A stretch of DNA of 64,000 nucleotides, taken from contig OZ024743.1 in the NCBI GenBank assembly GCA_964016885.1, positions 203,794,001 to 203,858,000 of the forward strand. Direction: 5' to 3'. The position numbers were made by a program, and so were the translations under genes. Shown piece by piece: positions 11,939-26,848 of this stretch. Under the pieces are notes generated by a model. That model ran no database searches. It worked only from the letters and a program-made list of their open reading frames with translations, and was not told the origin of the DNA. Origin of the DNA: Eledone cirrhosa (taxonomy: Eukaryota). Each line of letters opens with the position of its first letter. Positions within the stretch are counted from its first letter, which is position 1.

Positions 11939-14150
11939 AAAGATAAATATAATAATGACAAAAATAAAAACAAAGAGGGGGGTGAAAAAGAAGAAAAGAA
12001 AAGATAGCCAAGAAGGGGAGGGAAGGAAGGAAGAAAACGAAGAAATAGAAGGAGAAGAGAGGGATATATGCATTGGTTTTGTGTGTAATTAAAAGGGTTT
12101 AGATACAAGAGGGTATAAAGTTTAAGTATATGTAGTTTGTCAGTTGGTAGTAAGAGGTTAAGGGTTCGATTTGTAGTGCGAAAACTTCTCTTTGAGTCTA
12201 TGGTTACAATAAATCGATCTTTCGATTTTATTGTTGAGTAACTTATTCTTCGAACTTAAGATGTGGAACAGCTCAAGGTCGCATAATCGACAGCTTCTCA
12301 TACCACTTCGATATGGGGCGCGTTCGATAATTTTTTCCACTTCAGGGTGTATTGATGGTTACTTTCCCTCAGTTGCCAGGTCTTGTTTGCAAGGGTAGTT
12401 ACATAACGATGCTGGGAATGTTTCATTGCGTAACGGTGTGTATACCAACGGGCTTTAAATGTATACCCAGTCGCTCTGATGTCATACCATTTCTGCTTGT
12501 CTGATTCCACTGTGCATTGGTAAACCAGGTTAGACTGCATACATTCATTATGTAATGGACAGGTTTCAGGTAGGTGGCAGTTACAGTTCTTGTCATGCGC
12601 AACTTTGGCGTTATTGGTGGGCTGCGATGCCTGTACAAGTGTGTTACGTTTTGTTTGCCTATTAGCGGGTGGTTGTGTATTAGATATTCTGTTGTGTTCA
12701 GTGGTGATTGTATTGTTATTGTTGTAAATTTGCGTTTTGGTGTTGTTATGTATCTTTTTAGCGTTAAGCTTCTTAATGTGTACCTCTATATTTGGTGCCA
12801 TGGATTAAGATAGTCTAATAGATTTAGTGTTAAGGATTTTGCTGTATCTATGTGAATCTGGAAAGTGCTTAGTTATTATTCTAAAGAAGGTAGAGGGTAG
12901 ATTAGTACTATTAGAGATGTTAAATATGGGGTTAAACCAAATATATTTTCTACTGCTTCACTCGTTTGATTTGGATGTTGTATTTCTATTTGCCGTATAC
13001 TTTGCAGTTCTATGCGTAAGTGCATGTGTGCGTGTGTTACCGGAGTTTGTGTTATGCGTGTTCGTGTGTGCTTCACGGAGGCTTTCATCTATATATTCTA
13101 CTCTATCTAAGTGGCCTGCCCTGTGTAATGCGGTATTGTAGTATTCTGCATGTTCTTCGACGATTTGTCGGTTAGACGAGAGGCGGGTGATCCTAAGGGA
13201 TATGCTGCGTGGAATGGATTTAATTATGGATAGTGGGTCGTTTGAGTTACAGTTGATGTATGCTAAGTTTTCATTAATCTTGTGAAAGGTCTTATAAGTC
13301 GCGTATTTAGGTTAAACGTCGCGTCTAGAAAGTTAACTGTTTTAGTGCTATACTCATACGTTATGCTAAGGCCTAGTTTTCCGAGAGTCTTTCTAATATT
13401 CTTACGGAGTCTTTCTATGCTCTGGTTATTTAGGTTCTCAACTAGGAGAAGGGCGTCGTCTCTGTAGATTCCGCCGTGAAGGTCGCTAAACTCACTTTGT
13501 AAACTATGGGCTATGTAAATACCTACTAAATCTGTGACTTGAGCAGAGTCGTTAGCTCCCATCGTAATGTCAAAGTTATTTAATCTATCCTTACGTTCCC
13601 AATAGGCGTTTTCAAATTTAATTATTCTTTTCCTAGCAGCTAATATGATTTTTATCTCGTCGTCTATTATGTCAGAATTGGCTTTGGCGAATGCTAAGGC
13701 TTTATCCAAGGTGTTGGGGGATATAGATGAGTAATAATCGTTAATGTCAAATTGTATAAATTTAGATACTTCTTTGTTAGCTATATTGTTAAACCACTTA
13801 ATTGTTTCGGTAGCGTTACCCCATTGTTTAATCACTAGTTAATTTTTCAATTGTGCTATCACTCTGTCTAATATATGTTTACTAATTTTCCCGATGTCCG
13901 ATTTGGACGGGCATATAAGTCTAATTGTGGGGTTATAATCAAAATTTACCTTGTTGTCCTTGAGGTTAAATGTGGGGGTACATGGCCTAAGTGGCTCCGT
14001 TCTGTCGTCTATTCCTAGGTGTTTGACTATACTGTGTGCTTTGTTGTTGATGTTTATCAGTGCCGCTTCATTAGTTTTTTCGTATTTCCTATGTAATTCC
14101 TTCCGTATGAAGCTATTGTATGTATTTAGATCCATCGGAATTCTTACAAA
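11435..14150 (-). mobile_element. 5'-truncated, degraded Penelope-like element (RT + GIY-YIG + 3'UTR)
   Basis: RT motifs FDINDYY, DITMGA, IYRDDAL and VNFLD (13263-13835). GIY-YIG in 12158-12801. Decayed hammerhead at 11482-11583. Confidence 0.9.
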
Positions 14151-14244
14151 CTTGTGGAGTTACCCCTAACCGTACGTTGAAACCATCCATGAAACTGGCT
14201 TTCTTAAACAAGAGCTGGATCACAATAAGCAATTTTTTGCTTCT

Positions 14245-14315
<71 letters not shown>

Positions 14316-14440
14316 TGTTTATATAGATATATAAATGCATTTGTATATATATATACAAATAAAAGGCAGAGCTAATAACTCATACTAATACCCTGTAATT
14401 AACAAGCTCAAAGTATAAATACTGAGCATTATATAATAAT

Positions 14441-14632
14441 AGGGCGGTGGATTGGCAGTATCGGTAGAGGGTCGGACGCCATGCTTTGCAGCACAGTTAC
14501 GTCTCTATACGGGCTGAGTTCAAATCCCGCCGAGGTTAACTTTGGCTTTCATCCTTACGAGGTCGATAAAATAAAGTACCAGTAATACACTGTGATAATT
14601 GCTGGCCTTGTGCCAAAAGTAGAAACAATTAT
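14441..14632 (+). mobile_element. tRNA-derived SINE family 1 (representative copy)
   Basis: A-box-like tggcagtatcgg, B-box gagttcaaatcc, core gcctttcatcc..ggtcgataaaataaagtaccag, (ATT) tail. Other copies at about 23869, 26498, 28780(-), 29005(-), 30810(-), 31407, 33192, 33415, 48497, 53355, 54124(-), 59667 and 59860. Confidence 0.88.
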
Positions 14633-14689
14633 ATAATAATATATGCAGTAATAGACACACGATTTACAGTGTTTATTGCTACCTATATT

Positions 14690-15217
14690 ATTATGTATAT
14701 ATATATATATATACATTTATGTATGGTATATTAGGCAATATACCGTATGTTTAATTTAAAACATTTAGAAGACCATACGCTATCAGTTTTAAAGTAGTGA
14801 CTATGTCACTTACTTCTTTTCGCCGAAAGAAGGGAGAAAAGCTCACAGTCTATTTCACGCTGGTTGCCGTTCATTATTTGCCGTTCTGCAAAGATTAGGT
14901 ATTACGATTGGTGCGATGTATACATGAATGTATGTATAGTATATTTGGCAATCTACCGTATATTTCATCAGAAGACCATACGCTATCAGTTTTTTGGATG
15001 GACCGGCAATCGGTCTGGATAATCCGCTCCTGATTATTACTGGAATTCTATAAAACTCCAGCTTCTATAATTTTCGGCGGAAGCAGGGTGTCCTGGCTCT
15101 GATGAACGCAAACCAGCGTGAAACAGACTGTCAGCTTCTCTCCCTGATAGTGTATGGTCTTCCAAATGTGATTAATTAAACAAACGGTATATTGCCAAAT
15201 ATATCATACATACATTA

Positions 15218-15220
<3 letters not shown>
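14690..15220 (+). mobile_element. Small non-coding element with ~75-bp inverted ends, an internal direct copy and a hammerhead
   Basis: 14712-14787 is inverted at 15144-15218 and repeated directly at ~14920-14989. Flanked by (TA)n. Confidence 0.65.
15095..15136 (+). ncRNA. Canonical type I hammerhead ribozyme motif
   Basis: ggct CTGATGA acgc-aaacca-gcgt GAAA cag-a-ctg TC agct. Confidence 0.75.
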
Positions 15221-15940
<720 letters not shown>

Positions 15941-16123
15941 ATTATTATTACTTTCAAAGTAAAGGATGTCATGAATGATACAAAATGAAACATATGTCTT
16001 GTTTCTAAAAACATTTCAAGATAGAATTCAGAGAATCAAATCGAGCCTTAATCATTATAAGAAAATGATTGAAATATATTCATACACAGATAAGTGTGCA
16101 CTAAGACATATCAAAACTTGGAG

Positions 16124-16573
16124 CTAGAGACAATCTACACTGAAAGTAAGACTACATAGTTCGTTGAGTATCTTATTAAATTTAATAAAAAATTTAAAAC
16201 AGAACACCTGATAACCATCAAAATATTTCCCTCATCTGTATTCTCCACAATATACTGACTGCTATTTCTAGTGGTCGAGAACCTTTCATGTCGTTGAGAG
16301 TGCTAAAATTCATGTGTTGAGACCATGCACGTTTAGCCACTTTCAACACTGGATTGAGTGAGATTAGATGATTTTGAAATTCCCTCACTGATGATCCGTT
16401 TCAAATTATCTAATTTCGCCGTAATTTGGTGAAATGTATTCTGATTTTGTGGAGAATACATATGAGGGAAATATTTTGATGGGTATCAGGTATTCTGTTT
16501 TACATTTTTTATTAAATTTAATAAGATACTCGATGAATTATGTAATCTTACTTTCAGTGCAGATTGTCTCTAG
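16124..16573. repeat. Inverted repeat with ~125-bp arms (16124-16248 / 16449-16573)
   Basis: ctagagacaatctacactgaaagtaaga... vs ...tcttactttcagtgcagattgtctctag. Confidence 0.8.
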
Positions 16574-16762
16574 TTATATGTTATAGTTGTATATAGTGTA
16601 TACATAACTATAAATAATATTATATATATATATGTGTGTGTATGTATGTATGTATGTATGTATGTATGTATGTATGTATGTATGTATGTATGTATGTATG
16701 TATGTATATAAATGTATATATATATAAAAATAAATGTATATATATATACATATATATAAATG

Positions 16763-16802
<40 letters not shown>

Positions 16803-16828
16803 AATGTATATATATATAAAAATAAATG

Positions 16829-16949
<121 letters not shown>

Positions 16950-16969
16950 TTATATATATATACATATAA

Positions 16970-17061
<92 letters not shown>

Positions 17062-17414
17062 ATTTATATATATATATTGAAAGCCACTTCTGCTTGCCTG
17101 AACTCAAAGACCGAGATCTTCAGATGTTGTCCTCACCTGAAATCACATCTGATCTGTAACTGGATTGACATTCCTACGATAACTCAACCACCTTGAACTC
17201 CTTCTCTGCTCTTTACTTCCACTACGGTGTTTATACCTGCTGAATTCACGTTCTATACTCTCATATTCTCTTTCTCCCTTATCTCCCCTTATATTTAAAC
17301 CTTTTCCTATGTCAATTTTTCCCCCCTACTTTCTGCCTTACCCCTCACACACCCAATTTTTTTTATTTTTAGATATTTATTTTTGTGTGTGTTGCGTATA
17401 TGTGTGTATATATG

Positions 17415-17445
<31 letters not shown>

Positions 17446-17550
17446 ATGTGTGTGTATGTATATATGTGTGTATGTATGTTTATATTTATCTGTATGTATA
17501 TGTATATATAATTGTATATTATATGCTTCTGGTGTATCTGTGCGTGTGTG

Positions 17551-17581
<31 letters not shown>

Positions 17582-17947
17582 GTATATATGTGTGTGTGTG
17601 TATGTGTGTATATATAGATTTAATGTGAGTGTGTGGGCGTGTGTATATTTGTGCGTGTATATGTATTTTTTTATATAATGGTTTTTTGTGTATCTATATA
17701 ATAGACTCAGAAACGGCTTGAGCTCTGTCGTGGGTCAGATCTTTTCCTATGTGTGTGTATTCTTATACGTATATGTATGTATGTGTATGTATGTTTGTGT
17801 GTATTTATGTGGTTGTGTTTGTGTGTGTGTGTGTATCTATATATATGTATATATATATATATGGAAAATTTTAACAGGAACAAAACAGAGAGGCAGTACA
17901 ACGAATGTTTATTAATTTCACGCTCTTGAGAGTGGGGTGGTGGTGAG

Positions 17948-17983
17948 GAACGACGTTTCGGGCATAAGCCCTTCTTCAGGTGA
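17948..17983 (-). ncRNA. Minimal Penelope-type hammerhead motif (weak stem I)
   Basis: Minus strand: CTGAAGA a gggc-ttat-gccc GAAACGTC. Confidence 0.5.
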
Positions 17984-18808
17984 AAAGTGTGTGGGAAGAG
18001 AGTTCAAAGGGTGTGTAGGGGGGGGGTGGATAGACATATAGCAAAAAGGGGGTGGGAGGAAACGGTGGAAATGTAAATAAAAATTAAAAAAAAAATAAAA
18101 ATAAAAAGCATGATCAAAATAAAATTAAACTGGGGTAAAACAGGTGGTGGAAGGGTGTGGGGCGTGTAGGGGTGGCGGCGGGTGGAGTGGGGAGAGGGAG
18201 ACGGGGTCTTCGAACGGGGAGGGTTGAAGTTGGTGTGTGTGTGTGTAGGTGTACGTGTGTGTGTGTGTGTGTATGTGAAAGCAAGGGTTGGGGGAAGAAC
18301 GGGGTTGCATGTTCAGGAAGAGGTGTGTGTGGGGTGGGGTGTAGGTCGGAGTGTGTGTCCGTGTGTGGGTAGAGGGGCGGGGGGAGAGGCATCCGGAGGC
18401 TGAATGTGTAAATATGTGATTGGACGCACATGTGTGTGTGTGGTGTTTAAGCGTGATGTGGGTGTAGGTGGCGTTATGTATATGTATGGGTCTATGTATA
18501 TGCATAATTACATACAGTGATTTAATGCTTATTTTCATTGATCATTTGCACCAGGAACTTGTTGAGTGCTCTAAATCATCTAAAAATATTTATACCCTTT
18601 TCTAATTATTTTTTTATTTATTATTTGTCGTATTCCCAACTTTTTATTTTTATATATACAATATTTAGGTTTTTTTATATATATAATATTTATGTTTTTT
18701 CTTATATATATATATAATTATATGTGTGTGTGCGTGTGTATGTATGTGTGCATGCGTATGTGTATATATATGTGTGTGTGGGTATGTATATATATATATG
18801 TATATGTA

Positions 18809-18841
<33 letters not shown>

Positions 18842-18959
18842 TTTAGAGTTAAACAAGGTTCATATGAATACAGCTAAGAATGAGTTTTACACACATACAT
18901 ATGTGTGTGTTTGTATTTGTATGTATGTGTTTGTGATATGTATGTGTATATATGTATGG

Positions 18960-19017
<58 letters not shown>

Positions 19018-19533
19018 ATATATATGTATATGTAAGTGTGTGTGTATGTATATGTGTATGCGTATGTATGTGTATATGTATTTGTATATGTATGTGTATG
19101 TGTGAGAGTGTGTGTATGTATTTATTTTTACGTATGTATGTGTACGTGCAATTGTGTGTATTGCTTACCACGTATGTTTGTTCATTTATTTGTTGCCTGT
19201 ATCGCTGTCAACACTATAAACCTTTATATTTATTTTTATTCTGATGTGATGGTATTTTTATTATTATATTTTTTCTTATAATTATTTGTGTGTGTGAGTA
19301 TGTAGGTGTGTGTACATATTTCTATATTTGTGCATGCGTATGTATGCGCGTATATATGTGTGTATGTATATGTATGTATGTACGTGTGTATATATGTATG
19401 ATTGTGTGTATGTATTATGTATGTGTATGTATGTATGTATATGTATGTATGTATATATGTGTATATATATGTATATGTGTGTATGTATGTATGTATATAT
19501 ATATATGTTTATGTATATATATATATATGCATG

Positions 19534-19587
<54 letters not shown>

Positions 19588-19910
19588 TGTGTGTCTGTGT
19601 GTGTGTGTATGCATGTTTGTGTATTTGTATGTATGTGTATGTATGGATATGTTGATAATTACGTGTGTATGTATGTATGTGTATGAGTATGTGTATGTAT
19701 ATATATACACATATATATATGTGTGTGTATACGTGTGTGTGTATGTATGTGTGTATGTATATATATGTGTATGTATATAATTGTGTGTGTGTGTGTGTGT
19801 GCTTGCATGTGTGTTTATTTTTCCTTTCCTTCTTCCTTTTCCAGCCTAACTTTCATATAGATTATATTTTTGTTTTTAAAATCCAATGCCTATAAATACA
19901 CCAGGATGTT

Positions 19911-19969
19911 TTCATTCTGATGATTGAAAGCAAAATTTGTTTGCTTTTAAGAAACCACTGGTAAATGAA
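19911..19969 (+). ncRNA. Canonical hammerhead ribozyme motif
   Basis: ttcatt CTGATGA ttgaaagcaaa..tttgcttttaa GAAA ccactgg TA aatgaa. Same family as 35652-35713. Confidence 0.8.
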
Positions 19970-20067
19970 ATAATTGCCTTATGTTGTTTATTACATAACC
20001 ATTAAGCTCTGTTACCTACATAGAGCACTCTTTTTTCCTGGACTTTTCCGACGGAATCACTTCATTT

Positions 20068-20132
<65 letters not shown>

Positions 20133-20199
20133 CATATAAATTTATATATATATATACATATACATTTATATATATATATACATATACATTTATAAAATA

Positions 20200-22187
20200 T
20201 AAAATATAAAATATAGAAGTATCAAAGTTATGTTCAAATCATTTAAACGCTGACAATTGTTTCTTCCAAACTTTAGTTTGGAATCATCGGAGCATTATCA
20301 ATGTTTGTACATATAATTAACCTCCTATTCAACTAAAGAATCACATAGATACATATATATTGATGTTGTGAACAACAGCTTAGTATATACAGGGTCTAAT
20401 GGATGTGACATAAATTATACGAGAATTGTACAATAATTCAAATTAAGATTAAAAATAAAATTAAAATTAAAATTAAAATTAAAAGCACAGAGTGGAATAC
20501 ATGCGACAGATAATACAAGAGAATAGTCTAATAAATAAAGAGGCATTGGGGAAGCGTGTAGAGATTGTACATACGTTAGTCATATATATGGAAAGGAAAC
20601 AGGCAAATGTATTAGGCATATATGAGTACTGTATGGCAAGGTATTACATAAAATACAAGCACTTTAAGCGAATATGTTAGTGTATTATGGAGGATGTAAT
20701 GCGAGGATAGTTTTTGTATAGTTCAAATATGTATGTGTGTAGAATATGAAAGTTACGGATTTCCCATCCATTACATATGTTAAGTTATATTTTAGTTAAT
20801 GTTTGTATTGAATGTTTTTAGTTAGTTATAGTAACTTAGTATTATTGTATTCATATTCATGGATTAGAGTTGTTCTACAGCAAGATTTTTGAACGGTTTA
20901 ATACTCGGAAGTGGGTATGGATTTTCGGGAGCTAATGTGTAAGGGGGGTTACTAGCTCATTATAATATTAAAATTATTTGCTCTAATAGACATTATATAG
21001 TGCCACAATTGAATCCCTTATACAAAATGTTATATATTTATATTTAATTTTAAATACAGTCTACTCTCTCATAATATATTAAATTTTCATTAGATTGCTA
21101 TCTACCCAATATTAGGAATAATGTATAGCTGTTTACATGTTAAATTAGATAAATCCCTTATGTTAATAAATTAATCCTTTATATACAATGTTATTAATAT
21201 ATACATTTAATTATAAATGTATATATAATTCAGTGTCACATATTACATTTAATGTCTATACATATATTATATTTCAATTACTGTATATATTATAAGTAAT
21301 CTAAAGTATTTATATTATAAGGTGGTGACTAGATGTTTATTTCTAGAGTATAATGTTAGAGATAAATAGGATTTGTGTAGAGGAAAGAGCAGATCAAAGA
21401 GTGTGATGCTGTGGGGGAAGGAAAGTCTTAGAGGTGAAGTGTTAATGGTGGTGATATATTCAAATCTGACATTGTTATATACTAGCGGCTAGGTTTAAAG
21501 CTATCAAATGAGTGTCGGTAGTGGTGTTGGCACGAGGAAAACAACTCTGTGTTTTAATTAGTTGGAAATAATTATTAATCATCCTTTTATTACTACTAGC
21601 TATATGGTATGCTATGTTAGGTGTGGTAGAGTAAGAGATTTTAATGGTGTTTTTATTTATAAGATTATGGTATTTGTGGCCAGATGGGAATTTTTTTCTA
21701 GGATTCAGAAGAAAGCCTTAGGTAAGTTGGTAGAGACGGTTGAAGAATGTATTAGTTCTTCTATTTTTGTTTTTTGTAATATCTATTGAGGTATTTCTGT
21801 TTATAATATTATTGTAGTGTTTACTTTGGTGCGAGTTAAGGTTGATATTACCCTTCGTATAAGAGTAAGATTGGCTAGTACTCTTATTATTTTTCCTCAT
21901 GGCCATATTGTGAGAAATAATGCTGTAACTATGTGATTTTATAAGTAGGAATTCAATCCCATTTTTCTGGCCTGATTTAGCTAATGTTTGATTATAGTAT
22001 TGGTAATTATTATTAAATATGGTTTCGTTATATGATAGATTAGAGATTCTATTAGATATTCCTTTAGTGATTGAGTTTAATATGGATTTAGGGTGGTTAG
22101 ACTTGGTATCCACATAAATTAGTTTTTCGTTAGGTTTATGAATGGGTGTATATATTTTAGAGTCTAGGTAAAGGGTAGCATCAAGGA

Positions 22188-22190
<3 letters not shown>
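20200..22190 (-). mobile_element. Degraded Penelope-like element
   Basis: FLD..SNHPKSILNSITKGISNRISNLS thumb region (21718-22113) and a 3' hammerhead at 20248-20294. Confidence 0.75.
20248..20294 (-). ncRNA. Hammerhead motif with U4C core (CCGATGA)
   Basis: Minus strand: tgct CCGATGA ttccaaac-taaa-gtttggaa GAAA caattg TC agcg. Confidence 0.65.
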
Positions 22191-22257
<67 letters not shown>

Positions 22258-22406
22258 TATACATCTTTATATATATATATATATACATTTATTTATATAT
22301 AACGTTGTGAAGTTGGACAAAATACTGCATGATTCTCTTGCATTCAAACATAAACAATCCCCTATTAAATATTATTATGATATTGAAATATGTTGGCTTT
22401 ACGTAC

Positions 22407-22554
22407 GGACATTTCTCTTTGAGGAATTCATCACTATCCCCTTCCTTAGATATCACCAGCTGCCTTATGGAATGGAAACTGCTAGCGAGAGTTTCTAACT
22501 GAACATGTACCTTTTTTATATTTTCTGTGTAACATCGGAGACCGGATAATACGA
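22407..22554 (-). CDS. Gene A coding exon 4 (VLSGLRCYTEN...FLKEKCP)
   Basis: Acceptor ttctatttcag, donor gtacgt, 148 nt. Same length and phases as gene B exon 51846-51993. Confidence 0.88.
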
Positions 22555-22679
22555 CTGAAATAGAATTATCCAAAATTAAGATCTAAGCAATTATTTTGCA
22601 ACAATTTCTTCGTGTGTGTGTGTGTATGTGCGTGTGTGTTTGTATGCGTATGCATGTATATGTGGTGTTTGTGTGTGAA

Positions 22680-22771
<92 letters not shown>

Positions 22772-22864
22772 CCAGCAGAGATGTTGAATGAATGAGATTA
22801 TGTCTACATCTGAGACCCTCATTACTATGTCATAAAGGTATGGAATTAATGTATATGTGTCAAA

Positions 22865-23640
22865 ATTGTAAGGATGCTAACGTCTTCTCTATCTACAAAA
22901 AGAGAGATAAATCAATTTGTTTTAATACAAGGGTACATCACTCCTGTCCGCTGCTTTGAAGAATCCGTAGAGGTGATGCTCAAATGATTAATTCATCAAC
23001 GAGAGAACAACACACCAATCCTAAGGGGTGGCTTTTGCAAAAAAAACAAAGTAAAAAGAATATGAAAAATTTAGATCCCCAACCTCTAAATCAGAATGTG
23101 TGTGATTCGAGTTACTGGAGAGGAACAAAGGTTTGAGCACTTCCATCTAGACACAAGAGTCAAGAAACTGCCTCTTGTTCTATTTAATATCACCGTAATC
23201 TTTATGATCACACTGTTTACACGGAAGAACAAAAAGGGAGGTGGAAGTACCATTAACTTTCCGAAACTACAAGAGTATTTTCAATACCAAAAGGTTGTAA
23301 GTCCTAGCACAAATCGGAACAAATCATTGAACAGCAGTCTGTGCTCCGATTTCTCACAATCTAAAATGTGTGGGGGACGAAATTTTGACAGTCGTTCCAG
23401 ATTAGAAAAAAATACGCATGTCGATTAACGTCCAGAAAACTGAGGTCATCTATCAATGGGGCCGCAATGCACTTTATGTTCAGCACTTCCTCAGTATAAC
23501 AGAAGCAATGGTTCACACCCTTTCCAAATTAGATATATTGGCACTATTATTTCTAACATCTGCACAGGATACGCAAAAATTCTAAGCCGCCTAGGAAAGC
23601 TCAGAAATAGAGTGTTTCGAAACAAAAGATGAGGCTTATT
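22865..23640 (+). mobile_element. Highly degraded RTE-like LINE RT fragment
   Basis: Remnants resembling KDA....YKK..K..C.N.R and ...RLGKLRNRVF. Confidence 0.45.
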
Positions 23641-24329
23641 CGATTGGTCTGTCTGTTTAGTGTTAACCTTGATAGGACACCATCTCTTGGTTCCGTGATA
23701 TGAGACTGCGTTCGTATTGTGATTGAAAAATACATTTGTTCTTAGGGAAAATCTGGCTTGTCGACGAAAATGAATTAACCACTATTTTCCGGGGGACTTT
23801 CGGTCGAGGGCCATGGATACCATCCTGAAATCCCAGGCAGGGCAGTACTACCGAGACAAACTTTACAGGCGGTTGGCAGTATCGGTAGAGGGTCGGACGC
23901 CAGGCTTTCCAGCACCTTAGGACTGAGTTCAAATCCCGCCGAGGTTAAATTTTCCTTTCATCCTTACGGGGTCGATAAAATAAAGCACCAGTAACGTACT
24001 GGGGTCGATTTAAACAACTCCCCCACCCCTCCAAAAACATTACTGGCCTTGTGCCTATACTAGAAATCGTTATTAGGGTGGGGAATTAAGAAAAGCGTTT
24101 GCACATCGGATAAATTTTTTGGAATATTTAGTTACGGCCCCCTTCGTTCTGAATTCAAATCCAACCAAAGTCAAATTTGCCTTTCATCCTTTCATTATGG
24201 CCTGAAGTCAATGTAATCGACTTTCTCCTCCCCTCAAATTGTTGACATTGTGCCTAAATTAATATATCAATGTTGTTGATGATGGCTTAATCAAACAGAT
24301 CTGTAGGACCACACTGAAATCATGAGACG

Positions 24330-25235
24330 TTAAGAGGCACTATTTCTTCACCCACTTATTTCTGGGGCAGGGTCCACAAACACTCCTTCCAGTGGGTCTT
24401 CTCAGAAGCAACGGTCTCCAACTGATCCAGCTCGATCCCCAAGCAAGACCATTTACATGTAGAGTGCACTGCGCAGGCTTCCTTGAGAAGACAAGCGTCA
24501 CAGTTTTCGCAACACTGATTTTCATTCCATCTATGCTGCACTCGGCATCAAACCTATTAAGTGCAAGTCGGAATTACCTTCTGTCGAGTTAAGTAACACC
24601 ATGTCCTCTGCAAATTCCAGTCGACTGATTTTACACCCGATTTTACACTTCCAAACCAACTGCGCATGCCAATCCTGATCATGTAAATAATGAATAGATG
24701 TGACAGTACGCACCCTTGGTGGAGTCAGACTCCCATATTGGATGGTTTCGATTTAGCACCATTTATCCGAACACAAATACTTGGGCATTCGCATAGAGAC
24801 ATTAGGCAGCAAGGAGCAGATCATCGCTCCCATATTCCTGCAGAACAATCCACGGCAGATCCCGAGGGGCGCGGTCATATGTCTTTTGAAGGTGACAAAA
24901 GAAGAATATACCTCTTGGCAATACTCCCACGATTTCTCGAAGACCTACTTCAGTGTGAATTTTTGGTCGGCTGTGCTGTGTCCATGGCGAAAACAACACT
25001 GTTCATCAGCTAGCTTGGACTCGATAGTCTCTCAGCATCTCTTTGCCTGACACTCAGCATCGACATTACGGGGGAGGCTTAACAAGGAGATCCCTCTGAA
25101 ATTGGAACAATCTCTTGTCTCCCTTTTTAAAAATTGGGAATATTACTCGAGATTGCCATTGTTTAGGTGCCTTATCAGAGATCCAGGCTACCCGGCACAC
25201 ACGGGTCAGCCTGAGAATAAATTCTCTATTTCAGG
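24330..25235 (-). mobile_element. Degraded RTE-like LINE RT fragment
   Basis: QKTYDRAPR..W..LQEYG, LEFAEDMVLL and MKISVAKT motifs in ORFs 24340-24999. Confidence 0.65.
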
Positions 25236-25429
25236 CGTTTAACAATTGAATATTTAGAAATCATACGAAACACCAACGATTTCCTCGTTTCTATAACATG
25301 TATCTAGCCGAATCAAATTAGCAAAGACTATCTATCGTCAATCCACACGAATTCATAGGTTTTAATTTTACATATATTAAATTATGATATCATTCGTTAG
25401 CATTTACAGTGATGTTATTCTGAGAGCGT

Positions 25430-25735
25430 GGGTACAGCATGGCCGAGTAGTTAAGAAGTTCGGTTCACAATCATTACGTTCCGGGTTCGATCACACGGCG
25501 TGCCATCTTGAGCAAACCTAATTTTCTATAGCCACAAGTTAATCCAATCCTTAAGAGTAGAATTGAGGAGAAACCTACTTGGAATCTCGTCAGATGGACT
25601 GCATCCGCATTTCAAAGGGCCAGCTTTTTTCGCATTGTCCCGCGCTAAATCTCCCTAGAATTACGTTAACTTCCCGGACATGCTGTTCCTTTGATCGAGC
25701 AGCAAGAACACTCATCGACGAAATAGACGGAGGTT
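25430..25735 (+). mobile_element. tRNA-derived SINE family 2 (related pieces at 27670-27880, 33625-33735 and 63450-63660 minus)
   Basis: tggccgagtagttaag ... gggttcgatc tRNA-like head followed by a cttgagcaa core. Confidence 0.6.
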
Positions 25736-25850
25736 CATTCGCTTCCATTTTAAGAGCAGCGCTTATGAGAGTTTACGAACCGCGACAAAATCTTTTCTTA
25801 GTAAAATACCCAGCATTTCCCCAGAACAAAAGAAAAATCTATATGTTTAC

Positions 25851-26002
25851 CTTCCTTGTGTTTACATAGTTCATTGTTAATGTCATCAAATATATTGAGA
25901 TTTATTCCATTAAGAAATGTCGTCTCAGAAAAATTTGTGCATGCTTTCATTACATTGCGTTGGCAATCAAGAACCCTTTGTTTGTTGTGAGTTTGGTTGG
26001 CA
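25851..26002 (-). CDS. Gene A coding exon 3 (ANQTHNKQRVLDC...GINLN..ELCKHKE)
   Basis: Acceptor ttgtttctag, donor gtaaac, 152 nt, open frame. GINLN and LCK are shared with gene B exon 3. Confidence 0.88.
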
Positions 26003-26232
26003 CTAGAAACAAAAACAAAGTTAGACAGATATACACATGGCTTTACATGATTTTGGTTTTAGTATAATTCATACATGATGTATGTTAGTAGCCTATTGTG
26101 TAGTGTATAAAGTAAAACACCGAAGGAAACACTAATCAAATTGATTGAATATTATGGAGATATAAATAAATATATATATATATATATCAATAATATTAAT
26201 AAATGGAAACTATCTTTATAAAACCATATTTA

Positions 26233-26290
26233 TTTTATTATATATATTTCAAGGGTACCAACATTTTTGGTACGCCCTCATCAGATAAAA
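26233..26290 (-). ncRNA. Hammerhead ribozyme motif in gene A intron 2 (sense strand)
   Basis: Minus strand: ttttat CTGATGA ggg-c-gtacc..ggtaccc-tt GAAA tatata TA ataaaa. Confidence 0.6.
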
Positions 26291-26306
26291 TACAAAAGTT
26301 GTTTTA

Positions 26307-26848
26307 CAGATAGTGACATATTCAAAACTAGAACTTGGCGTTTTCAGTTCTGTTTGAATAGTGAAGAACTTCGAATCATAGAATGAATATGCTAATGAGG
26401 ATAACTTTAAAATTGAAAAAGATCGTTATGTTTAGACGCTAGGTAAATTTAAATAATTATTAGGATTATTTTTTAAAGGAAGAGGAAATAGAGGTTATTC
26501 CCGCCGAGGTTAACTTTGCCTTTCATCCTTATGAGGTTGATAAAATAAAGTACCAGTAATGCAATGGGTATTTGCTGGCCTTGTGCCAAAAAGTAGAAAC
26601 AATTATTAGGGTGGAAGAAATTTAAGGAAAGAATATAAGAAAAATATATATATTATAGTTAATAATAGACTATTATATGAATATGTTATATACATATATT
26701 CATATTAATAGTCTATAATAATAGGCTATTAATATGAAAATATGTATATAATATATTCATATTAATAGTCTATTATTAACTATAATATATATTTTTCAAA
26801 CAGAACTGAAAACGGTAAGTTCTAGTTTTGAATATGTCACTATCTGTA
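26307..26848. repeat. Nested inverted repeats (26307-26358 / 26796-26848, plus an AT-rich palindrome at 26641-26796)
   Basis: acagatagtgacatattcaaaactagaactt.. vs ..aagttctagttttgaatatgtcactatctgt. Confidence 0.75.
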